Positions 39,896 through 48,216 of a stretch of DNA of 64,000 bases are shown here, piece after piece. Below the pieces are notes generated by a model, which saw only the letters and a list, made by a program, of their open reading frames with translations, searched no databases and was not told the origin of the DNA. Each line of letters opens with the position of its first letter. Position 1 is the stretch's first letter. Origin of the DNA: Acidobacteriota bacterium (GTDB taxonomy: Bacteria > Acidobacteriota > UBA6911 > RPQK01 > JAJDTT01); NCBI GenBank assembly GCA_965263035.1, contig OZ253580.1, positions 4,512,001 through 4,576,000 on the forward strand. The letters run 5' to 3'. The translations under genes and the position numbers were made by a program.

Positions 39896-41410
39896 GTGCG
39901 GATATCCAGGCCAGCCCGTTCCAACGGTTTGGGTCGAAGACGGTTTCTCCAGCTTTCCGCCGCTGCCCTGGCGGCTTGGAGAAGCCCGGAGCCACGGCTT
40001 CTGGCGGCACCATCCCTGCCGGCTCGGGCCGACGCCATGATTCTGCTCTGGATGGCCGGAGGCATGGCTCAGACCGAAACCTTCGACCCCAAGCGCTACA
40101 CCCCGTTCGAACCTGGCGTCGAGTCGAAACGGGTGTTGAGCACGTTTCCCGCCATCGACACGGTGGTGGACGGCATCCAGCTCTCCAGCGGCCTCGACCG
40201 CCTGGCCCAGGTGATGGATCGGGCCACCCTGGTTCGCAGTCACCGTCTGGGAGACCTGGGGTTCATCCTCCACTCCCGCCACCAGTATCACTGGCACACC
40301 GGCTATGCGCCGCCCCTCTCGGTGGCGGCTCCCCACCTGGGGTCGGTGGTGGCTCGCACGCTGGGTCCCCGGCGTCCGGACGTGCCCGCCTTCGTGGACA
40401 TCGGGCAGGACATGGAGATCGGTGCGGAGAGCGACTCGCTCAAGGCCTTCCACACGGCCGGGTTCCTAGGCGCCGAGTACGGCCCCATGCTGATCCCGGA
40501 TCCGGCTGCCGCCGCCGGGGCCATGCGGCCGCCCCAGGGTGTGAACCGGGCCCGCGCCGCGCGCCGCTACCGCGCCTACCGCCGTCTGGTGGCCGAGAGC
40601 CCGGTGCTTCAGCAAGGGACGACGTACCAGCAGGAGTCGCTGCTCCGTTATCTGGACAGGGCGCACCGTCTGGTGGATTCTTCCGCGGCCGCGGCCTTCG
40701 ACTTGTCCCAGGAGCCCGAGGAGCGCTCCCGGAAATACGGTAACGGCCGCTTCGGTCAGGGTTGTCTCTTGGCGCGCCGGCTCGTCGAGGCGGGTGTCCG
40801 CTTCGTGGAGGTCACCACCGGTTACATCCCTTTTCGCTACTTCGACACTCACGAGAACGGCCACGAGCGCATGGTCCACCTCAAGCGAACCATCGACGCG
40901 CCCATCGCCCAATTGGTCCTGGACCTGGAGGAACGGGGGCTCCTGGAGCGGACGGTCGTGGTGGTGGCCAGCGAGTTCGGCCGGGACGCCCTCATCGAAG
41001 GCAAGCCGGACCTGGGCGTGAGGCAGCAGATCAAGGTCCCGGACCGGATGACCGAGCCGCGCCATTACGGCATGCACCGGCACTTCACCGAAGCCTCGTC
41101 GGTCCTGATTTTCGGGGGCGGATTCAAACCCGGTTTCCTCTACGGCCGGACCGACGACGAGCGCCCCTGCCGGGTGGTGGAGAACCCGGTTTCTATCGAA
41201 GACCTCCACGCCTCCCTCTATGCCGCCTTGGGCATTCCGCCGGATCAAGCCTACGAGGTCGAACAGCGGCCCTTCTTCGTGACCAAGGACGGCCGGGGAA
41301 AACCGATCCGGGAGCTGTATCAGTCCGTGGCGAAAGTCCCGCGAAGCACCGGGACCGGGGCTGCGCCCGCCGGACAAGGCGCTCTGCGGGGGCATACCGG
41401 GAGTATGTGA
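39896..41410 (+). CDS. DUF1501 domain protein (Tat-like signal), C-terminus extended by MITE A
   Basis: RRRFLQ, WMAGGMAQTETFDPK, GCLLARRLVEAGVRFVEV, DTHEN, SEFGR. Confidence 0.9.
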   Translation: MRISRPARSNGLGRRRFLQLSAAALAAWRSPEPRLLAAPSLPARADAMILLWMAGGMAQTETFDPKRYTPFEPGVESKRVLSTFPAIDTVVDGIQLSSGLDRLAQVMDRATLVRSHRLGDLGFILHSRHQYHWHTGYAPPLSVAAPHLGSVVARTLGPRRPDVPAFVDIGQDMEIGAESDSLKAFHTAGFLGAEYGPMLIPDPAAAAGAMRPPQGVNRARAARRYRAYRRLVAESPVLQQGTTYQQESLLRYLDRAHRLVDSSAAAAFDLSQEPEERSRKYGNGRFGQGCLLARRLVEAGVRFVEVTTGYIPFRYFDTHENGHERMVHLKRTIDAPIAQLVLDLEERGLLERTVVVVASEFGRDALIEGKPDLGVRQQIKVPDRMTEPRHYGMHRHFTEASSVLIFGGGFKPGFLYGRTDDERPCRVVENPVSIEDLHASLYAALGIPPDQAYEVEQRPFFVTKDGRGKPIRELYQSVAKVPRSTGTGAAPAGQGALRGHTGSM

Positions 41411-41481
41411 CCGAGGAGCAACGCAGTCCGCGCACGATGCAGACGCGGTCGAATGCCGCGATGACTTCTACCACGGGCTGA
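41320..41481 (-). mobile_element. MITE family A copy 4, 162 bp, inside the DUF1501 3' end with TA duplication
   Basis: TA at 41318-41319 and 41482-41483; empty site reads GAG CTG TAT GCT TGA. Confidence 0.88.
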
Positions 41482-41529
41482 TATGCTTGAACCGACCGAT
41501 TTCCCAACCACACTCCGGAGTCGAAACCC

Positions 41530-42576
41530 TTGAAATCGCTATCCTCCTTTCCCCGAAGAACCTATGTCACGGAGCCGACGCCCCTTCAGGCGGCCCCTCG
41601 CCTGTCGAGATTGCTGGGTGGCCCGCAGATCTACATCAAACGAGACGACCTGCTGCCGGGCGCAGGCGGCGGGAACAAGACCCGAAAGTTGGAGTTTTCC
41701 ATCGGTGAGGCCCTGGACCAGGGCGCGGATACCCTCATCACCAGCGGGGCCATTCAATCCAACCACTGCCGCCTGACCCTCTCCTGGGCTCGGGTGGAAG
41801 GTCTCGAGTGCCATCTGGTGCTGCAGGAGCCGGCGCCCGGCGCCTTCGATCCGCAAGCCGGCGGCAACAATTTCCTCTACCGGTTGTTGGGGGTGGACAG
41901 TCTGCGGATCGTCTCAGGACGGGGACAGGCGGCGCCCGCCATGGAGCAGGTCGCCCGCGAGTGCCGGGAGCGGGGACGAAATCCCTATTTGATTCCCGTA
42001 GGAGGGTCCAACGCCGTCGGCGCCACCGGTTACGCCGCCTGCGCTCTGGAGTTGATGTCGCAGTTCCGGCAGCAGGATCTTCAGGTGGACCACTTGCTGG
42101 TTCCCAGCGGGAGCGCCGGGACCCAGGCGGGCCTCCTGGCCGGCCTCTGGGGCGCCGGTTCCTCGCTTCCCGTGACCGGCGTCAATGTGAGCCGGGGCCG
42201 GGAACCGCAGGAGCGAAGCGTCTACGAACTGGCGCTGCAGACGGCGTCCCGGTTGGGCATCGAATCCCCACCGCCCAGGGAGTCGGTGGTCTGCAACGGC
42301 GGCTACGTGGGCCCAGGGTACGCTCTCCCGACACCGGCGATGATGGAAGCGGTCGGGCTCGTGGCCCGGTCCGAAGGGATCCTCCTGGATCCGGTCTGCA
42401 CGGGCAAGGCCATGGCCGGGACCATCGATCTGATCCGCAAGGGGGTGTTCCGAAAAGGACAGAAGGTGGTCTTCATCCACACCGGAGGCTCGCCGGCTCT
42501 TTATGTCCACATGGACGCGTTCCGGCGGCGGTTCCCTCCGCCCCCCGCGATTGACTCTGCGGGAAACAAGCGATAG
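41530..42576 (+). CDS. dcyD: D-cysteine desulfhydrase / ACC deaminase family PLP enzyme
   Basis: KRDD, GGNKTRKLE, QSNHCR, SGSAGT, LLDPV(C)TGKA, HTGG. Confidence 0.85.
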   Translation: MKSLSSFPRRTYVTEPTPLQAAPRLSRLLGGPQIYIKRDDLLPGAGGGNKTRKLEFSIGEALDQGADTLITSGAIQSNHCRLTLSWARVEGLECHLVLQEPAPGAFDPQAGGNNFLYRLLGVDSLRIVSGRGQAAPAMEQVARECRERGRNPYLIPVGGSNAVGATGYAACALELMSQFRQQDLQVDHLLVPSGSAGTQAGLLAGLWGAGSSLPVTGVNVSRGREPQERSVYELALQTASRLGIESPPPRESVVCNGGYVGPGYALPTPAMMEAVGLVARSEGILLDPVCTGKAMAGTIDLIRKGVFRKGQKVVFIHTGGSPALYVHMDAFRRRFPPPPAIDSAGNKR

Positions 42577-42608
42577 GCGAGCGCAGAAACCCGCACGGCA
42601 AATTCGGG

Positions 42609-44057
42609 TTAAACCAGGATCTCTTCCACGACCCGGGCGGGAAACTGGTCGGTCAGGCGCTCGTCCAGTCCGTGACGCCTGTAGACCAGGTCGCGGTAGT
42701 TCATGCCCAGCAGGTGCAGCAGGGTGGCGTGGAAGTCGTGGACGCTGACCCGCTGGTCCACGGCCTTGTGTCCGATGTCATCGGTCCCCCCGTAGGTGAG
42801 CCCCCCTTTGACGCCGCCGCCGGCCATCCAGATGCTGAAGCCGTCGGGACCGTGGTCGCGCCCGTCGGCGCCCCGGTCGGCGACTTGGGACAGGGGCATT
42901 CTCCCGAACTCTCCTCCCCAGATCACCAGGGTCTCCTCCAGCAGGCCGCGCCGCTTGAGATCCTTGATCAGGGCGGCCGCGGGGCGGTCCGTCTTGCCGC
43001 AACTGTAGGCCAGACTCTTCTCCAGGTTGGTGTGGGCGTCCCAGATCTGGCCCTCGATGAAGATCTGGACGAACCGGACTCCTCGCTCCACCAGCCGCCG
43101 GGCCATCAGGCACCGCTTCCCGTAGGAACGGGTCAGCTCGTCGTTGAGGCCGTACATCTCCCGAGTCGCCTCGTCCTCCTGGGACAGATCCAGGGCGTCC
43201 GAGGTGGCCAACTGCATTCGGGCGGCCAGCTCGTAGCTGGCGATGCGGGCATCGAGTTCCGGCTCCCGGGGCCGGGCGTTGCGGTGCGCCAGGTCGAGGC
43301 GCCGCAGCAGCGCCCGCTCCGCTTCAATCAGGTCGCCGGGCAGCTTCCGCCGCGATTCCAGGTTGAGAACCGGCGGCCCTTCGGAGCGAAATCGGGTTCC
43401 CTGGTAGACGGGTGGAAGCCAAGCCGACTGCCAGTTCTGTTCCCGGTTGATGGGCAGCCCCTTGGGGTCGTCCAACACCACGTAGCCGGGCAGGTTCCGG
43501 GTCTCGCTCCCCAGTCCGTAGACGACCCATGAGCCGAGCGAGGGCCGATTGGGCAGGGTGCGGCCCGAGTGCATGAGATAGATGGCCGGCTCGTGGTTGA
43601 AGTGTTCCCCGTACATGGAACGGATCAGGGTGATGTCGTCCACCACCTCGCCCAAGTGGGGCAGGAGCTCCGTGAGCTCCATGCCACAGCGCCCGTGCCG
43701 CTTGAACTCGTAAGGCGACGGGAGCAGCCCTCCCACCTGGTCGGCGAACTCGATCTTGTTGAGGATGTCCCTTGGGGGCGCGCTTCCGGCAAGTCTGGCC
43801 AACTCCGGCTTGGGGTCGAACAGATCGACCTGGCTGGGCCCGCCGTTCATGAACAGGTGGATCACCGATTTGGCCTGGGGCCGGTAGTGGGGAGCGCGGG
43901 GTTTCAGGTCATGGGTTCCGTTGCCGGCCAGAGCCGGATTGGCCGGGAAGAGATCGTCGCCCAACAGGGTGGCCAGGGCCGTTGCGTAGAGCCCGTCACC
44001 GATCCTGGAAAAGAATTCCCGCCGGGGGAGGTGTTGTTTATCGGGTGATTTGTGCAT
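42609..44057 (-). CDS. DUF1501 domain protein
   Basis: RREFF, AKSVIHLFMNGGPSQVDLFDPKP, ARRLVERGVRFVQ, WGGEFGR, VHDFHAT.LHLLG; start MHKSP at 44057. Confidence 0.92.
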   Translation of the reverse strand: MHKSPDKQHLPRREFFSRIGDGLYATALATLLGDDLFPANPALAGNGTHDLKPRAPHYRPQAKSVIHLFMNGGPSQVDLFDPKPELARLAGSAPPRDILNKIEFADQVGGLLPSPYEFKRHGRCGMELTELLPHLGEVVDDITLIRSMYGEHFNHEPAIYLMHSGRTLPNRPSLGSWVVYGLGSETRNLPGYVVLDDPKGLPINREQNWQSAWLPPVYQGTRFRSEGPPVLNLESRRKLPGDLIEAERALLRRLDLAHRNARPREPELDARIASYELAARMQLATSDALDLSQEDEATREMYGLNDELTRSYGKRCLMARRLVERGVRFVQIFIEGQIWDAHTNLEKSLAYSCGKTDRPAAALIKDLKRRGLLEETLVIWGGEFGRMPLSQVADRGADGRDHGPDGFSIWMAGGGVKGGLTYGGTDDIGHKAVDQRVSVHDFHATLLHLLGMNYRDLVYRRHGLDERLTDQFPARVVEEILV

Positions 44058-44067
44058 GGTCACCGGC

Positions 44068-47019
44068 CTAATCGATGTAGGAGAACTCCGCCGACGTGAG
44101 CAGTGCGTGAGACACGGATGCCAGCGCCGACCAGTGGGCCGTGGTTCGGCGCGGCGTTTCGTCGTTTTCGTTCTCCAGGTGGTGGGTCCATTGCTCCGCC
44201 AGTTCGGAGAGGGAATCCAGGGACATTCGGATCTCCTCGGGAGTGGGTTCCCGGGAGAGGACCCGCAGGTAGAGCTCCCGGATCTGGTCCTCCGCCCGAT
44301 CGGGATGCGCATCCACCAGGCGGCCCGCCAGATGGCGGGAAAGCTTCCGGGTCAGGTACCCGTTCATCAACTGCAGGGCCTGGGGCGCCACGTTGGAGGA
44401 GATTCTCTCGGTGCAGTTGGGCGCCATCTGCGGGGCGTCGAAGAGATCCAGAAAGGTCATCCGCGTGAGGCGCCGTTTCTCGGTGTAGATGGCCCTTCTC
44501 CACCCCTTCTTCGATCCCTTGGCAACGACTTCGCCGTCGGACATCTTTTCCACCGGTTCGGCCGGACCGAACCGGTCCGGGTCCAGCCGGCCGGCGGCGT
44601 GCAGCATGGAGTCGTACAGGACCTCCGCTTCCATTCGCCGCAGCGACATGCGGGACCAGAGGTGCCCTTCCGGATCGGCGCCGCCTTCGGGACCTTGGCG
44701 CGAGTTCTGACGGTAGGCCGTGGAGGTCATCATGAGCCGGTGCAGCGATTTGAGGCTCCAGTCCTGGTCCACGAACCAGGTCGCGAGCCAGTCCAACAAC
44801 TCCGGGTGCGAGGGCCGGGCGCCGGTTCGGCCGAAGTCGGCCGGCGTGGCGACGATTCCCCGGCCGAAGTGATGCATCCAGACCCGGTTGACCAGGACCC
44901 GGGAGGTCAGGGGATGGTCCGGATGGACCAGCCAGCGGGCCAGAGCCAGGCGGGTGCCGGTGGTGTCGGTTCGCTCCGAAGGGAGTTCCGGCTTGTATTC
45001 GGGCAGGTTCGCGCGGAGGACCGAAGGCACTCCGGGATAGACCCGCTCCCCGATGGTCTCGGCGTTGCCGCGCCGCAGGACGTAGGCCGGGGAGCCCTCG
45101 CCGCCCATGTCGAACAGAGCCCGGATGGCGGGTTTGGCCCGCAGCTTCTTCTTGAGGTCGGCCAGAGCCTTGTTGTACTCGTCCAACGGGGCCTTGAACT
45201 GGTCATCTTCGAGGGGCAGCGCCTGGTCGCTCACCTTCAGGGTCTTGCGGAATCGGCGTTGCAGGTATTTCTGAACCGAATTGCGTTCTTCCTCCGGGGT
45301 CTTCAGCAGGGTGCGGAGGTCCTGCCGGAGGGCTTCGGGCAGGGCTGCCAGGCGGGCTTCCAGGATCTGGTTTCGAAGCGGCTCCGTCTTGGCCTTCCAG
45401 GCTCGCTCCAGGTCATCGATCCGCTTCCGGATGGGAGCGTTGTGGCGCTCCGTCTCCTCGATCTCCTGCGGGTCACCGACCTTCAGATAGCGTTGGGTCG
45501 GGTCCAGCCAGTCATAGGGGTCGTATGCGCTCTGGAAAATGGCGCTGAGGCGGTAATAGTCCTGCTGCGAGATGGGGTCGTACTTGTGGTCGTGGCAGCG
45601 CGCGCATCCCATGGTCAGACCCAGGACCGACGAGCCCAGCACCTGGATCTCGTCGTGGATCACGTCCATCTTCTCGGCCAGGGAGGCGTTCGTCGGCGAG
45701 TCGGTGGGATCCGAAGCGAGCCTGAGAAAGCCGGTGGCGGCCAGCGACTCCAGCACGGCCGGCGTGACCTCCTTCTTGTAGTCCACCAACTCGTCTCCGG
45801 CCAACTGCTCCAGCAGGAACCGGTCATAGGGCTTGTCCTGGTTCAGGGAGCGGATCACGTAGTCCCGGTAGCGCCAGGCCTGGGGACGGAAATGGTCGGC
45901 GTGCTTGATCCCCTCGGTATCGGCATAGCCCGCCACGTCCAACCAGTGCTGGGCCCAGCGCTCCCCGTAGTGGGGCGAGCTCAACAGGTCCTCGATCATG
46001 CGCTCGTAGGCGTCCGGGGACCCGTCCTTCAGATAGGCTCGGGCCTGGGCCGCGGTGGGGGGCATTCCGATGAGGTTCAGGTAGGCTCGGCGCATGAGGG
46101 TGAGGCGATCCGCTTCGGGAGAGAAGCTCAGGCCGTGGGCTTCCAGTTTCTCCAGCAGGAAGGCGTCGATGGGATTCCGGACCAAGTTGCCGTGAGTGAC
46201 TGTTGGAACCGGAGGTCGTTCAGGAGTCTGAAAGGACCAGAATCGGCGGTCGCCCTCGGTCAGGGCGAGATCGGCTTCCCGGCTCGGGTCAAGAGGCGGG
46301 TCGGCGAGGGCGCCGGCTGCGATCCAACGGCGCAAGGTCTCCACCTCCTCGGTGCTGGGAGGCCGCACCCGGTATTTGAAGAGGAGGTGTTCCGGGGGCA
46401 TCTCCTCGCGCACGATGCGCTGAAACAGAAGACTGGCTTCGGGGTTTCCGGGAACCAGCGCCGGACCCGACTTGCCGCCGCGGAGTCGCCCGGCCTGCGT
46501 CCTGAGATCCAGACCCCCTTCCTGGGCCCGCTTGCCGTGGCAGACTACGCATCTCATGAGAAAGATGGGCAGCACGTCCTTCTCGCTGATTCCCCCGGAA
46601 GCCAATGCCGCGTGCGCCTGCCCCAGCCGGTCGATCCAGCCGCGAATGGCCCCGATCTCCTCCCGGCTCAGCGCGTCGTCTCCGGGAGGCATGGTTCCGG
46701 AGACCACCTTGTCCAGCAGCAGGCTCCGATCCACCGACCCTGCGATGACGGCCGGACCCGACTTGCCGCCCTTCAGGATCGATGCGGCTGTTCGGAGGTC
46801 CAGTTCGGCCTGAGGCGCGGAATCGCCGTGACAGGTCAGGCAGCGGCTCTCGAAGATGGGAAGGATCGAAGACTCGAAGACGTCGGATCGAGACTCGCCG
46901 GCTCCGGAAACGGGAGCGAACAACAAGGGAGCGAGCCAGATGAGACGGCGGCAGACCCTGAGGAATGCCATGGCGTTCCCTGAATTAGGCATCATCGAGA
47001 AGCTCCGGATTGCGGCCAT
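44068..47019 (-). CDS. Two planctomycete cytochrome c domains + DUF1549 + DUF1553 (PSD1) protein
   Basis: CLTCH, CVVCH, HYGERWAQHWLD, CARCHDHKYDP, HPELLDWLA; start uncertain. Confidence 0.9.
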   Translation of the reverse strand: MAAIRSFSMMPNSGNAMAFLRVCRRLIWLAPLLFAPVSGAGESRSDVFESSILPIFESRCLTCHGDSAPQAELDLRTAASILKGGKSGPAVIAGSVDRSLLLDKVVSGTMPPGDDALSREEIGAIRGWIDRLGQAHAALASGGISEKDVLPIFLMRCVVCHGKRAQEGGLDLRTQAGRLRGGKSGPALVPGNPEASLLFQRIVREEMPPEHLLFKYRVRPPSTEEVETLRRWIAAGALADPPLDPSREADLALTEGDRRFWSFQTPERPPVPTVTHGNLVRNPIDAFLLEKLEAHGLSFSPEADRLTLMRRAYLNLIGMPPTAAQARAYLKDGSPDAYERMIEDLLSSPHYGERWAQHWLDVAGYADTEGIKHADHFRPQAWRYRDYVIRSLNQDKPYDRFLLEQLAGDELVDYKKEVTPAVLESLAATGFLRLASDPTDSPTNASLAEKMDVIHDEIQVLGSSVLGLTMGCARCHDHKYDPISQQDYYRLSAIFQSAYDPYDWLDPTQRYLKVGDPQEIEETERHNAPIRKRIDDLERAWKAKTEPLRNQILEARLAALPEALRQDLRTLLKTPEEERNSVQKYLQRRFRKTLKVSDQALPLEDDQFKAPLDEYNKALADLKKKLRAKPAIRALFDMGGEGSPAYVLRRGNAETIGERVYPGVPSVLRANLPEYKPELPSERTDTTGTRLALARWLVHPDHPLTSRVLVNRVWMHHFGRGIVATPADFGRTGARPSHPELLDWLATWFVDQDWSLKSLHRLMMTSTAYRQNSRQGPEGGADPEGHLWSRMSLRRMEAEVLYDSMLHAAGRLDPDRFGPAEPVEKMSDGEVVAKGSKKGWRRAIYTEKRRLTRMTFLDLFDAPQMAPNCTERISSNVAPQALQLMNGYLTRKLSRHLAGRLVDAHPDRAEDQIRELYLRVLSREPTPEEIRMSLDSLSELAEQWTHHLENENDETPRRTTAHWSALASVSHALLTSAEFSYID

Positions 47020-47112
47020 GATACCGGAGGTGTCTGGTGAACGCGAGAATCGGCCGGGACACTTACTGCCGCTCCGAGTCCCGGTGGAGCGGATTCGTCC
47101 GGTTTGGCTTCG

Positions 47113-48093
47113 TCAGAAGATTCTCTCGTCGGCGCTGTGGGCGTGCAGATGGTCGACGTGGTGGTGTTCGGTACATCCGTCCGCCGTGTACTCCAACTGA
47201 ATCGTGATGTGGTGAATGCCGAAATCATCGGCTGCGATCTCCCGCAGGCGGCGCCGTCAGGAATTCCAGGTCTTGGAACTCGGGATCGACCAGGACGTGG
47301 GCCGTGAGCACCTCGTAGCCGGGGACGAGGCTCCAGACGTGGATGTCATGGATCAGACCGACGCCTTGCACCTCTTCCATCTCGCTGCAGAGCCGGTACA
47401 GGTCGATGTGTTTGGGTACCCCCTCGAGCAGCACGTGCACGACTTTGCCGATCAGACGCCAGGTGCTGAGCAAAATAAGGGCGCCGATGATCACGCTCAC
47501 GACGGTGTCCGCATGGTCCCAGTGGAAGGCCCACACCAGCAGGCCCGACACGACGACGCCGACGGTTCCCAGCAGATCGACCATGACATGCCGGAAGGCG
47601 CCTTCAATGTTGACGCTGTGCTTGGACGAGCGGTGGAGGACCCAGGCCACCGAGAGGTTGACCAGCAGGCCGACTGCGCCGAAGGCGAGCATGACTTCGC
47701 CGTCCACGTGGTGATGCGCATCATGCGTTCGTTCGTAGGCCTCCGTGATCAGCCACCCGGCGACCAGCCAGAGGGAGAGGGCATTGAGCAGGGCAGCCAG
47801 GATCTCCAGGCGGCGGTACCCGAAAGTCCGTTGGGCGGAGGCGGGCCGAGTCGAGAAGTGGAGGGCGGCCAGGGCGAAGCCGATGGAAGCGGCGTCCGTC
47901 ACCTTGTGTGCGGCTTCCGCCAGGAGCGCCAAACTTCCGGAGGAAATGCTGCCGGCGAGCTGGATGACCATATAGCCGACGGTCAAAACGAGCGCGACGG
48001 TCAGGCTGCGCCGGCTGGCGCCGTGCAGATCGTGGTCATGTTCCCGGGTCCGTGATGATGGTGGTCGTGATTGTGATGAGGTGCGTCCTTCAT
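47113..48093 (-). pseudogene. Second CDF transporter with two frameshifts
   Basis: MKDAPHHNHDHHHHG, shift near 48045, DLHGASRR..., shift near 47257, RRRLREIAADDFGIHHITIQLE...ERIF*. Confidence 0.8.
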
Positions 48094-48216
48094 CTGGTTC
48101 AAGTCGACGAAATTGTGCTGTAAATTACCGATTAAACTCAATATTGTTGTCGTAATCAGGTCAATGTCAACTGTCGATCAGTGGCGGTTGTTGTCATTCG
48201 TGAGGAATCGGGCATC

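Noticed and set aside
44050-46983. 977-aa plus-strand ORF and other long antisense ORFs (1281-2879, 25058-26278, 48295-49893)
   Set aside because: They lie opposite well-supported genes and have no motifs; typical shadow ORFs of high-GC DNA
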